In this document: positions 47,128 through 55,954 of the stretch, piece by piece
Position numbering within the stretch: the stretch's first letter is position 1
Layout: each line of letters begins with the position of its first letter
From: Escherichia coli
GTDB lineage: Bacteria; Pseudomonadota; Gammaproteobacteria; Enterobacterales; Enterobacteriaceae
Assembly: GCF_003018255.1 (NCBI RefSeq)
Contig: NZ_CP027440.1
Reading direction: 5' to 3' (one strand)
Length of the DNA: 64,000 bases
The notes under the pieces: generated by a model
The model's database searches: none
What the model saw: the letters and a program-made list of their open reading frames with translations, nothing else
Told to the model about the DNA's origin: nothing
Made by a program: the position numbers and the translations under genes

Positions 47128-47985
47128 ATGAAATACATTGGAGCGCACGTTAGTGCTGCTGGCGGTCTGGCAAATGCCGCAATTCGCGCCGCCGAAATCG
47201 ACGCAACCGCGTTTGCCTTGTTCACCAAAAACCAACGTCAGTGGCGTGCCGCACCGCTCACGACGCAAACCATCGATGAATTCAAAGCCGCCTGTGAAAA
47301 ATATCACTACACATCGGCGCAAATTCTTCCCCACGACAGTTATCTGATTAACCTCGGACATCCGGTTGCTGAAGCTCTGGAAAAATCGCGCGATGCCTTT
47401 ATAGATGAAATGCAGCGTTGCGAACAGCTGGGGCTTTCTTTGCTCAACTTCCACCCTGGCAGCCATCTGATGCAGATTTCAGAAGAGGATTGCCTTGCGC
47501 GTATTGCCGAATCCATCAACATTGCGCTGGATAAAACTCAAGGTGTCACCGCGGTGATTGAAAACACCGCCGGTCAGGGCAGTAACTTAGGGTTTAAATT
47601 CGAACATCTCGCAGCGATTATCGACGGCGTGGAAGATAAATCCCGCGTCGGCGTCTGCATTGATACCTGCCATGCTTTCGCTGCCGGGTATGATTTGCGT
47701 ACTCCTGCCGAATGCGAGAAAACGTTCGCTGATTTTGCCCGTATTGTAGGCTTTAAGTATCTGCGCGGGATGCACCTCAACGATGCGAAAAGCACCTTTG
47801 GCAGCCGCGTTGACCGTCATCATAGCCTCGGCGAAGGCAATATCGGTCATGATGCGTTCCGCTGGATCATGCAAGACGACCGTTTCGACGGCATTCCGCT
47901 GATCCTTGAAACCATCAACCCGGATATCTGGGCAGAAGAGATCGCCTGGCTGAAAGCGCAACAAACTGAAAAAGCGGTGGCCTGA
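47128..47985 (+). CDS. nfo: endonuclease IV (AP endonuclease)
   Basis: 285-aa ORF, xylose-isomerase-like TIM barrel with conserved His/Asp/Glu metal ligands. Confidence 0.95.
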   Translation: MKYIGAHVSAAGGLANAAIRAAEIDATAFALFTKNQRQWRAAPLTTQTIDEFKAACEKYHYTSAQILPHDSYLINLGHPVAEALEKSRDAFIDEMQRCEQLGLSLLNFHPGSHLMQISEEDCLARIAESINIALDKTQGVTAVIENTAGQGSNLGFKFEHLAAIIDGVEDKSRVGVCIDTCHAFAAGYDLRTPAECEKTFADFARIVGFKYLRGMHLNDAKSTFGSRVDRHHSLGEGNIGHDAFRWIMQDDRFDGIPLILETINPDIWAEEIAWLKAQQTEKAVA

Positions 47986-47988
47986 TCG

Positions 47989-49077
47989 ATGAACGACAGG
48001 GAAAAGCAGATTCTTAAAATTTTACGGCGTAACCCGCTGATTCAACAGAACGAAATTGCGGATATGCTGCAAATCAGCCGTTCGCGCGTTGCGGCGCATA
48101 TTATGGATTTAATGCGCAAAGGCCGGATTAAAGGCAAAGGTTACATTCTCACCGAGCAGGAATACTGCGTAGTGGTGGGGACAATCAATATGGATATTCG
48201 CGGGATGGCGGATATCCGTTACCCGCAAGCGGCTTCTCATCCCGGTACCATTCATTGCTCGGCAGGCGGCGTTGGACGCAATATCGCCCACAATCTGGCG
48301 CTGTTAGGCCGCGACGTCCATTTGCTTTCAGTGATTGGCGATGACTTTTATGGCGAAATGCTCCTGGAAGAAACGCGCCGCGCCGGCGTGAATGTCTCCG
48401 GCTGCGTTCGTTTACATGGCCAAAGCACATCGACGTATCTGGCAATTGCCAATCGAGACGATCAAACCGTGCTGGCGATTAACGATACCCATCTGCTGGA
48501 TCAGTTGACACCGCAACTACTGAACGGGTCGCGCGATTTACTTCGTCATGCGGGCGTGGTACTTGCTGATTGTAACCTGACAGCCGAGGCGCTGGAATGG
48601 GTCTTTACCCTCGCTGATGAAATCCCGGTGTTTGTCGATACCGTTTCAGAATTCAAAGCGGGCAAAATCAAACACTGGCTGGCGCATATTCACACCCTGA
48701 AACCCACTTTACCGGAGCTGGAAATTTTATGGGGACAGGCGATCACCAGCGATGCTGACCGTAATGCCGCAGTGAATGCGTTGCATCAGCAAGGCGTTCA
48801 GCAACTGTTTGTTTATTTGCCCGATGAGTCAGTTTATTGCAGCGAAAAGGATGGAGAGCAATTTTTGCTGACAGCGCCAGCGCATACGACAGTAGACAGT
48901 TTTGGTGCTGACGATGGTTTTATGGCGGGCCTGGTATATAGCTTTCTGGAGGGAAACAATTTCCGTGACAGCGCCCGTTTTGCGATGGCCTGCGCGGCAA
49001 TTTCACGCGCCAGCGGCAGCTTAAACAACCCTACCCTGTCTGCCGATAACGCGCTTTCATTAGTGCCGATGGTGTAA
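47989..49077 (+). CDS. yeiI: PfkB-family sugar/nucleoside kinase with N-terminal winged-helix domain, YeiI
   Basis: 362-aa ORF; N-terminal HTH (ILKILRRNPLIQQNEIADMLQISRSRV) fused to ribokinase-like fold (GGVGRNIA); paralog of psuK. Confidence 0.85.
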   Translation: MNDREKQILKILRRNPLIQQNEIADMLQISRSRVAAHIMDLMRKGRIKGKGYILTEQEYCVVVGTINMDIRGMADIRYPQAASHPGTIHCSAGGVGRNIAHNLALLGRDVHLLSVIGDDFYGEMLLEETRRAGVNVSGCVRLHGQSTSTYLAIANRDDQTVLAINDTHLLDQLTPQLLNGSRDLLRHAGVVLADCNLTAEALEWVFTLADEIPVFVDTVSEFKAGKIKHWLAHIHTLKPTLPELEILWGQAITSDADRNAAVNALHQQGVQQLFVYLPDESVYCSEKDGEQFLLTAPAHTTVDSFGADDGFMAGLVYSFLEGNNFRDSARFAMACAAISRASGSLNNPTLSADNALSLVPMV

Positions 49078-49082
49078 CAATG

Positions 49083-49118
49083 TTGCCGGATTCGACGCTT
49101 GACTACATCTTATCCGGC
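49083..49118. repeat. degenerate REP-like palindrome between yeiI and nupX
   Basis: TTGCCGGAT...ATCCGGCTC inverted repeat. Confidence 0.4.
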
Positions 49119-49132
49119 TCATAACTCGCGCA

Positions 49133-50383
49133 CTACGCTAAGCCAATAAAGAATCCTGCAATGGTTGCACTCATCAGGTTAGAAAGTGTCGCCGCCGCCA
49201 GCGCGCGTAAACCAAGCTGGGCGATTTCCGGTGCACGGTGTGGCGCAACCGCAGAAAACGCCCCCACCACCACCCCGATAGAACCAAAGTTAGCGAAACC
49301 GCACAACGCGAAGGAAATAATCGCCACGGTTTTAGCATCCAGAGTGCCAGCCGTTTGCAGATAGGGTGAGAAATTGAGGTAAGCGACAAATTCATTTATT
49401 GCCAGTTTCTGTCCAATCAAACTCCCGGCAAGATTCGCATCACTCCAGTCAACACCCATTACCCACGCCAGTGGGGCCAGCAGGTAACCTAAAATGGACT
49501 CCAGCGAGGCATGTTCAAAGCCAAACCAGCCGCCAACGCCGCCGATAATACCGTTAATTAACGCAATGATGGCGACAAATGCCATCACTACTGTCGCCAC
49601 ACCTGCGGCGATTTTCAGCCCGGTCATTGCCCCTGTCGCAGCGGCTTCAATAATGCTTTTTGGCGGTGTTTCGGTGAAAGAGAGGTTATTAAAGGAAACC
49701 TGCGAAGATTCTGTTGCCGGGCTTAACAGGCGGGCAAACAAGATCCCGCCGGGGATCGCCATTAACGATGCCGCCAGCAGATATTCCACAGGCACGCCCA
49801 GTGCGGCGTAACCAATCATTGTCGAACCAGCAATCGAGGCCATCCCGCTACAAATCGCTGTAAATAATTCATTGCGATTCAGACGATTGATAAAGGGTTT
49901 GACGATTGCCGGAATTTCGTTTTGCCCGAGGAAAATGGTAGTGACCGCGACGAATGACTCGATCTTGCTGATATTCAATGCTTTCTGGAAGATACCGCCG
50001 AGAATGCGAATTAAGATCCCCATCACACCGATGTAGTAGAGAATACTCACCAGTGCTGTAACGAAGATAATTGCCGGTAATACCCTGAAACCAAAGATAA
50101 ATCCTGCGCCATCAAATAAGGTATCCATTTTTGGTCCGACCAGAGAACCAAAGATAAATGCGCTACCTGCATCGCTGTACGCCATCACTTTATGCACGCC
50201 AAAAGCGACTTTTTCTGCGACCCAACGCCCTGGTGGTAACCAAAGCATAATGCCGCCAATCACGACCTGTAACACTAACGCCGCGCCAACGGTACGCAGG
50301 CTGATCTTCTTCTTGTTTACTGACAGCAAAAACGCAATTGCCAGCAATACCACCATTCCCAGAACACTTCTCATGACATCCAT
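49133..50383 (-). CDS. nupX: NupC-family nucleoside permease NupX
   Basis: 416-aa polytopic ORF; close paralog of the psuT ORF in this window. Confidence 0.9.
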   Translation of the reverse strand: MDVMRSVLGMVVLLAIAFLLSVNKKKISLRTVGAALVLQVVIGGIMLWLPPGRWVAEKVAFGVHKVMAYSDAGSAFIFGSLVGPKMDTLFDGAGFIFGFRVLPAIIFVTALVSILYYIGVMGILIRILGGIFQKALNISKIESFVAVTTIFLGQNEIPAIVKPFINRLNRNELFTAICSGMASIAGSTMIGYAALGVPVEYLLAASLMAIPGGILFARLLSPATESSQVSFNNLSFTETPPKSIIEAAATGAMTGLKIAAGVATVVMAFVAIIALINGIIGGVGGWFGFEHASLESILGYLLAPLAWVMGVDWSDANLAGSLIGQKLAINEFVAYLNFSPYLQTAGTLDAKTVAIISFALCGFANFGSIGVVVGAFSAVAPHRAPEIAQLGLRALAAATLSNLMSATIAGFFIGLA

Positions 50384-50408
50384 AGTTATTATCTCTTCAT
50401 GTCATTTT

Positions 50409-50436
50409 GGGCGACGGCTTTCTGCCCATCAGAAAT
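50409..50436 (-). promoter_or_regulatory. conserved leader hairpin motif upstream of nupX (copy 1)
   Basis: plus-strand GGGCGACGGCTTTCTGCCCATCAGAAAT shared 27 of 28 with the psuT leader; mRNA stem GAUGG/CCGUC. Confidence 0.35.
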
Positions 50437-50482
50437 AGCCGGGCCTGCATCTTGCGATACTGTCCCGGCTTGTTATCAACAC

Positions 50483-51424
50483 TTAATGGGTTTTGATGTA
50501 GCCGCGCACGCACTCTTCGACTAATCCCCAGAACCAGTCGGTATCAATAGTGATGCCGACTTTGGTATTGGCGGGCTTGCCAAGAACGCCCAGCTCGTCG
50601 CAGACCGTACGCCCGTAGCAAGGGCCGCTGTTAACGTCCACTTCGACGTACATCTCCTGGGTTTTAATGCCATCAGGGTTAATCAGATAACCGATGCAGG
50701 TGGCGTCATGCACCGGGCCGCCAGCCAGGCCGTAGTTTTCGAACTGCGTTTTTAGAGTGAAATTCATGATGTCGCTGAACAGCTCTCCGGCGGGGCCGCC
50801 TACCCTTTCCATCCGAGCAATCACGTCCGGGGTGCAAACAGTCTGGTTGGTGAGATCGAGGCCCATCATCACCAACGGAACGCCGGAGGTGAACACCACG
50901 CGTGCGGCTTCCGGGTCAGCAAAGATGTTGAACTCGGCAGATGGGGTGAAGTTGCCAGTACCGTAAGCGCCGCCCATCAGCACAATTTCACGGATTTTCG
51001 GCAGGATCGCGGGTTGCATACGCATTGCCACCGCGATATTTGAAAGTGGGCCAACCGGCACCAGAGTGATATCGCCATCGCTTGCCATCAGGGTATCGAT
51101 GATATATTTCACCGCATGAGTGCTTTCTGCCTGGCGGGTCAGCGGCTCGAATACCGGGCCATCCAGTCCGGTTTCACCGTGAATATTATCGGCAACGATT
51201 TGTTGACGCATAATGGGCTGTGGCATCCCCGCATAAACCGGAACATTAATCTCCAGTTTCTGGCAAACATTCAGGCCATTAATTAATGTTTTATCAAGCG
51301 TCTGATTACCCGCCACAATGGTGATACCTAATAAATCTATTGCCGGATGTTTCGCTGCCATCATTATGGCAATAGCATCATCATGACCCGGATCACAATC
51401 CAGAATAATTTTTCTCTTTTCCAT
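50483..51424 (-). CDS. rihB: pyrimidine-specific ribonucleoside hydrolase RihB
   Basis: 313-aa ORF with IU-nucleoside hydrolase DxDxxxDD motif (DCDPGHDDA). Confidence 0.93.
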   Translation of the reverse strand: MEKRKIILDCDPGHDDAIAIMMAAKHPAIDLLGITIVAGNQTLDKTLINGLNVCQKLEINVPVYAGMPQPIMRQQIVADNIHGETGLDGPVFEPLTRQAESTHAVKYIIDTLMASDGDITLVPVGPLSNIAVAMRMQPAILPKIREIVLMGGAYGTGNFTPSAEFNIFADPEAARVVFTSGVPLVMMGLDLTNQTVCTPDVIARMERVGGPAGELFSDIMNFTLKTQFENYGLAGGPVHDATCIGYLINPDGIKTQEMYVEVDVNSGPCYGRTVCDELGVLGKPANTKVGITIDTDWFWGLVEECVRGYIKTH

Positions 51425-51592
51425 TGTTTATTTCCTCTGTTTCCAGTTGCGTTATTTTTTCTACAGCAAAGAAAATTCGACCGGGCCGATGATTGAATCT
51501 TAACAACAGCGTAAGTATGCTAAATATGAGAAATCTCATAGCGGATAAACATCGTGAAAGAAATCCACAATAATGACCTTAAGCAGCAATTG

Positions 51593-52252
51593 ATGAGTGA
51601 ATCTGCGTTTAAGGATTGCTTTTCAACGGATGTTTCAGCCGATACGCGGCTGTTTCATTTTTTAGCGCGTGACTACATTGTGCAGGAAGGGCAACAGCCG
51701 TCATGGCTGTTTTATCTGACGCGAGGCCGTGCCAGGCTTTACGCCACGCTTGCTAATGGTCGCGTGTCGCTGATCGATTTCTTTGCCGCTCCCTGTTTTA
51801 TTGGCGAGATTGAGTTAATCGACAAAGACCATGAACCGCGTGCGGTGCAGGCTATTGAAGAGTGTTGGTGCCTTGCGCTCCCTATGAAACATTACCGCCC
51901 GCTGTTATTAAACGACACGCTATTTTTACGAAAACTCTGCGTCACCTTAAGTCATAAAAATTATCGTAATATTGTTTCTTTAACTCAGAATCAATCATTT
52001 CCGTTAGTGAATCGCCTGGCAGCTTTTATATTACTCTCGCAGGAAGGTGATCTTTATCACGAAAAGCATACGCAAGCGGCAGAGTATTTAGGTGTTTCTT
52101 ATCGACATCTTTTATATGTTCTCGCGCAATTCATTCACGACGGTTTATTAATTAAAAGCAAGAAAGGGTATCTCATTAAAAACAGAAAGCAGTTGTCAGG
52201 ACTGGCACTGGAGATGGACCCGGAAAATAAATTCTCAGGGATGATGCAGTAA
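51593..52252 (+). CDS. yeiL: CRP/FNR-family transcriptional regulator YeiL
   Basis: 219-aa ORF from ATG 51593 (MSESAFKD); cNMP-binding-like fold and C-terminal HTH; track GTG 51554 rejected. Confidence 0.85.
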   Translation: MSESAFKDCFSTDVSADTRLFHFLARDYIVQEGQQPSWLFYLTRGRARLYATLANGRVSLIDFFAAPCFIGEIELIDKDHEPRAVQAIEECWCLALPMKHYRPLLLNDTLFLRKLCVTLSHKNYRNIVSLTQNQSFPLVNRLAAFILLSQEGDLYHEKHTQAAEYLGVSYRHLLYVLAQFIHDGLLIKSKKGYLIKNRKQLSGLALEMDPENKFSGMMQ

Positions 52253-52273
52253 AAATTATTTGCAATAGAGCGA

Positions 52274-52313
52274 TTGCCGGATGTGACGCTTAATAAGCGC
52301 GTACATCCGGCAA
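52274..52313. repeat. REP-like palindrome between yeiL and psuT
   Basis: TTGCCGGATGTGACGCTTAATAAGCGCGTACATCCGGCAA. Confidence 0.45.
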
Positions 52314-52319
52314 TGACAC

Positions 52320-53570
52320 TCAAGCTAAACCAATAAAGAACCCGGCAATGGTCGCGCTCATCAGGTTGGAAAGCGTTGCTGCTGCCAGCGCCCGTAAACC
52401 AAGCTGGGCGATTTCCGGTGCGCGTTTTGGCGAAATAGCCGAAAATGCCCCAACGACAACACCGATAGAACCAAAGTTAGCAAAACCACAAAGCGCAAAG
52501 GAGATAATCGCAATGGTTTTCACTTCCAGCGTGCCGCCCGTTTGCAGGTATGGGGAGAAACTCAGGTAAGCGACGAATTCGTTAATCGCCAGTTTCTGCC
52601 CAATCAGGCTACCCGCAAGATTGGCATCACTCCAGTCCACACCCATGATCCACGCCAGCGGTGCCAGCACATAGCCAAAAATACTTTCCAGAGAGGCATT
52701 GGCGAAACCAAACCAGCCGCCAATTCCGCCGATAATGCCGTTGATCAGCGCAATAATTGCGACAAACGCCATTACAACCGTCGCCACACCAGCGGCGATT
52801 TTCAGCCCGGTCATCGCACCGCTCGCCGCCGCTTCGATAAAGCTTTTTGGCGGCGTTTCGCTGAACGACAGATTTTCAAATGTCACCTGCGAAGGCTCGG
52901 TGGCTGGGCTAAGAATACGTGCAAACAAAATACCACCAGGGATCGCCATCAGCGATGCCGCTAACAGGTAGTCAATTGGTACGCCCATTCCGGCATAACC
53001 AATCATCATCGAACCAGCAATGGACGCCATCCCGCTACAAATTGCGGTAAACAACTCGTTGCGATTCATGCGATCGATAAACGGTTTAACGATCGCCGGG
53101 ATCTCATTTTGCCCGAGGAAAATAGTGGTAACCGCAACAAAAGATTCGATTTTGCTGATGTTGAGGGCTTTCTGGAAAATGCTGCCAAGGATGCGAATCA
53201 GCAGCCCCATCACGCCAATGTAGTACAGCAGACTGATGAGCGCAGTGACGAAGATAATCGCCGGAAGTACGCGAAAGGCGAAGATAAAACCCGCACCGTC
53301 AAAGAGGACATCCATTTTCGGCCCGACCAGCGAACCAAAAATGAAGGCGCTACCGGCATCACTGTAAGACATCACTTTATGAACGCCTAATGCCGCCTGT
53401 TCTACCGCCCATTTTCCTGGTGGAAAATAGAGCATGATTCCGCCAATGGCGATTTGTAGCAGCAACGCGGCTCCAACCGTGCGCAAACTGATGCTCTTTT
53501 TATTCACTGACAACAGAAATGCTATTGCCAGTAACACCACCATCCCCACAACACTTCTCATTATATCCAT
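52320..53570 (-). CDS. psuT: NupC-family pseudouridine/nucleoside transporter PsuT (YeiM)
   Basis: 416-aa polytopic ORF; close paralog of nupX. Confidence 0.9.
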   Translation of the reverse strand: MDIMRSVVGMVVLLAIAFLLSVNKKSISLRTVGAALLLQIAIGGIMLYFPPGKWAVEQAALGVHKVMSYSDAGSAFIFGSLVGPKMDVLFDGAGFIFAFRVLPAIIFVTALISLLYYIGVMGLLIRILGSIFQKALNISKIESFVAVTTIFLGQNEIPAIVKPFIDRMNRNELFTAICSGMASIAGSMMIGYAGMGVPIDYLLAASLMAIPGGILFARILSPATEPSQVTFENLSFSETPPKSFIEAAASGAMTGLKIAAGVATVVMAFVAIIALINGIIGGIGGWFGFANASLESIFGYVLAPLAWIMGVDWSDANLAGSLIGQKLAINEFVAYLSFSPYLQTGGTLEVKTIAIISFALCGFANFGSIGVVVGAFSAISPKRAPEIAQLGLRALAAATLSNLMSATIAGFFIGLA

Positions 53571-53636
53571 ATTGATTTTCCCTTCATGCCAGTAAACCCG
53601 GCGTCAGCGCCAGGTTTTGGTATGCTTGATGAGTAC

Positions 53637-53664
53637 GGGCGACGGCTTTCTGCCCGTCAGAAAT
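53637..53664 (-). promoter_or_regulatory. conserved leader hairpin motif upstream of psuT (copy 2), overlapping psuG stop
   Basis: plus-strand GGGCGACGGCTTTCTGCCCGTCAGAAAT; mRNA stem GACGG/CCGUC. Confidence 0.35.
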
Positions 53665-54602
53665 TAACCCGCGAGACGCTGGTATTCTTTGGCTATTTCA
53701 CTCGCCAGGATGGCGTTGTTGAACACCAGCTGGATGTTGGATTTCAGGCTGTCACCGCCGGTCAACTCAGCAACGCGCGCCAGCAGGAATGGCGTACTTT
53801 CTTTACCAATAACACCCTGCGCTTCAGCTTCAGCTACCGCCTGATCGATCGCCGCATTGATAGTGTGTTCCGGCATAGCAAACTGTTCCGGAATCGGGTT
53901 CGCTACCACGAGGCCACCGTTCAGCCCGCTTTGCCATTTCACCGCCATTGCACGGGCAATTTCGCTGGCGCTGTCGAGACGAATGCTCACGTCAAACGGG
54001 CTGGTGCGGCAGAAAAACGCAGGCAGCGCTTTGGTCTGATAGCCAATTAGCGGTACACCGAAAGTTTCTAAATATTCGGTAGTTAAGCCTAAATCGAGAA
54101 TAGATTTCGCCCCGGCACAAACGACGGTGACATTGGTGTGCGCCAGTTCTTGCAAATCGGCAGAAATATCGAAGGTATGTTCCGCCCCGCGATGCACACC
54201 ACCAATTCCCCCGGTGGCAAATACTTTAATTCCGGCAAGCGCCGCAATAATCATCGTTGAAGCAACGGTGGTTGCACCATTTTTTCCGGCGGCAACAACA
54301 AAAGGTAAATCGCGACGACTAACTTTGGTCACGTTATGCCCTTCACGACCCAGCAATTCAATTTCTTCTTTGCTTAAACCCACTTTCATCACGCCGCCAA
54401 TAATGGCGATAGTGGCAGGTACAGCGCCCTGTTTACGAATAGTTTCTTCAACTTCAATTGCGGTCTGGGCATTTTGTGGGAACGGCATCCCGTGAGAAAT
54501 AATGGTCGATTCCAGCGCCACAACCGGTTTTTTGTTTTTTAAAGCGTCCTGCACTTCCGGGGAAATTTGTAATAATTCAGGGGAAATTTTTAATTCAGAC
54601 AT
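53664..54602 (-). CDS. psuG: pseudouridine-5-prime-phosphate glycosidase PsuG (YeiN)
   Basis: 312-aa ORF, IndA/PsuG family; overlaps psuK stop. Confidence 0.92.
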   Translation of the reverse strand: MSELKISPELLQISPEVQDALKNKKPVVALESTIISHGMPFPQNAQTAIEVEETIRKQGAVPATIAIIGGVMKVGLSKEEIELLGREGHNVTKVSRRDLPFVVAAGKNGATTVASTMIIAALAGIKVFATGGIGGVHRGAEHTFDISADLQELAHTNVTVVCAGAKSILDLGLTTEYLETFGVPLIGYQTKALPAFFCRTSPFDVSIRLDSASEIARAMAVKWQSGLNGGLVVANPIPEQFAMPEHTINAAIDQAVAEAEAQGVIGKESTPFLLARVAELTGGDSLKSNIQLVFNNAILASEIAKEYQRLAG

Positions 54603-55531
54603 TCTGCGTTCTCCACTAACGATATAACGTTGGCAATCGATAAATCGGGGTTATTGGTGTATTCACAGGAGAGCGCCATTGACGAACATCCCTGTGCGAA
54701 ACGAACAGATTCGGCAAACGGCATTCCGTCTACCCAACACGAAGCAAGTCCCGCCATCATGGCATCGCCCGCTCCGGTAACATTAATGACATTGGTTTTG
54801 ATCGGCGCAGACCAACCACTTTCACCGCTGATATCACTGTAATAAACGCCGTCGCCGCCCATGCTCAATACCAGTCGGTTCAGGCCATGTTGATGGAACC
54901 AGGCAGCAACTTTTGCCACATCTTCACGCCCTGACAAAGCAATCCCACTCAGGGTTTCCGCTTCAAGGCGGTTTGGCTTGAGAGTGTGGATTTGATTTAG
55001 ACGGTCGCGCACTTTGACACATTTCCACGCGGAAACAGGATCGACAAATACGGGTACGTTGGCGGCATTATCCAGAATCCATGCCAGTGCCTCTTCACTG
55101 ATATTACAGTCCGCGACAATGACCTTTGCCCTCTGAATAAATTCACCGTGCTGTGCGAGATATTCAGCTGTAATAGCGTTGCTAATATTCATGTCATTTA
55201 TAGCAACCAGCATTTCACCGGTATTATCGAGTAATGATAAATAGCTCGACGTATTTTCTCCCGGCACAATCAGGCATTTATCGACATAAACACCAGATTG
55301 ATTGGTTTGCGTTAGCAGCGATTGACCATAAAAATCACTGCCTACGGCGCTCAGTAGCCAGGCTTTATTCCCCAGCAACGCCAGGTTTTGTGCAATATTG
55401 CGCCCTACTCCACCAGGCGTAAACTTTATTTTACCTGGATTTGAATCCGCATAATTTAATGATTCATGTGAATATCCGGCGACATCAATATTCGCCGAAC
55501 CTATAATTACGACATAATCCTTTTCGCGCAT
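54590..55531 (-). CDS. psuK: pseudouridine kinase PsuK (YeiC), PfkB family
   Basis: 313-aa ORF with ribokinase-like motifs (GGVGRNIAQN, GAGDAMMAG). Confidence 0.9.
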   Translation of the reverse strand: MREKDYVVIIGSANIDVAGYSHESLNYADSNPGKIKFTPGGVGRNIAQNLALLGNKAWLLSAVGSDFYGQSLLTQTNQSGVYVDKCLIVPGENTSSYLSLLDNTGEMLVAINDMNISNAITAEYLAQHGEFIQRAKVIVADCNISEEALAWILDNAANVPVFVDPVSAWKCVKVRDRLNQIHTLKPNRLEAETLSGIALSGREDVAKVAAWFHQHGLNRLVLSMGGDGVYYSDISGESGWSAPIKTNVINVTGAGDAMMAGLASCWVDGMPFAESVRFAQGCSSMALSCEYTNNPDLSIANVISLVENAECLN

Positions 55532-55598
55532 AGCACGTCCTCTGGTAAAAAATTACCAACCCTGTCAATCCACAAGAATATAGATACTGCAAAGACGG

Positions 55599-55634
55599 TT
55601 TAAACATGTGTTCATATTTAAACATGTGCTCATA
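55599..55634. promoter_or_regulatory. tandem 18-bp direct repeat upstream of psuK (candidate regulator-binding site)
   Basis: TTTAAACATGTGTTCATA immediately followed by TTTAAACATGTGCTCATA, then an inverted partial copy (GCATGTTTTAC); 70-100 bp upstream of psuK ATG. Confidence 0.35.
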
Positions 55635-55771
55635 GTATGCATGTTTTACGTAAAGTAAATTACCGCCAGAGATGCAAAATGGGCAGATTTGAGCAGGCTC
55701 ACAAAACGCGATTAAATGCCTGAATTATAAAAACGGGGAATTTGTGACGGAATGCACAGAACAGGAACACT

Positions 55772-55797
55772 AAAAAAGGGCAGAAATTAATCTGCCC
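55772..55797 (-). terminator. rho-independent terminator about 160 nt downstream of fruA
   Basis: minus-strand hairpin GGGCAG-N8-CUGCCC followed by U6 run. Confidence 0.6.
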
Positions 55798-55916
55798 TTG
55801 AGGAAATAACCTTAGTGTTTGATGAAAGTTTCAGGTTTCCACTAAAAGATAAAACCATTTAAATTCATAAAATTACATTCACAAACCGGTCATTCTCTTT
55901 GCGCGCATCAAATGTT

Positions 55917-55941
55917 CCAGGGCAGGAAATTTCTGCCCTGG
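55917..55941 (-). terminator. hairpin immediately downstream of fruA stop (weak terminator or RNA stability element)
   Basis: 9-bp stem CCAGGGCAG/CTGCCCTGG with 7-nt loop; only a short U tract follows on the minus strand. Confidence 0.4.
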
Positions 55942-55954
55942 AACACACCTTTTA

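Noticed and set aside
50437-50470. Hairpin AGCCGGG-N20-CCCGGCT downstream of rihB as an intrinsic terminator
   Set aside because: Large 20-nt loop and no U tract; more likely part of the structured rihB-nupX leader than a terminator.
55675-55720. Very short plus-strand ORF (about 14 codons, MGRFEQAHKTRLNA) between psuK and fruA
   Set aside because: No RBS, no hydrophobic or conserved character; the region is better explained as psuK promoter DNA.
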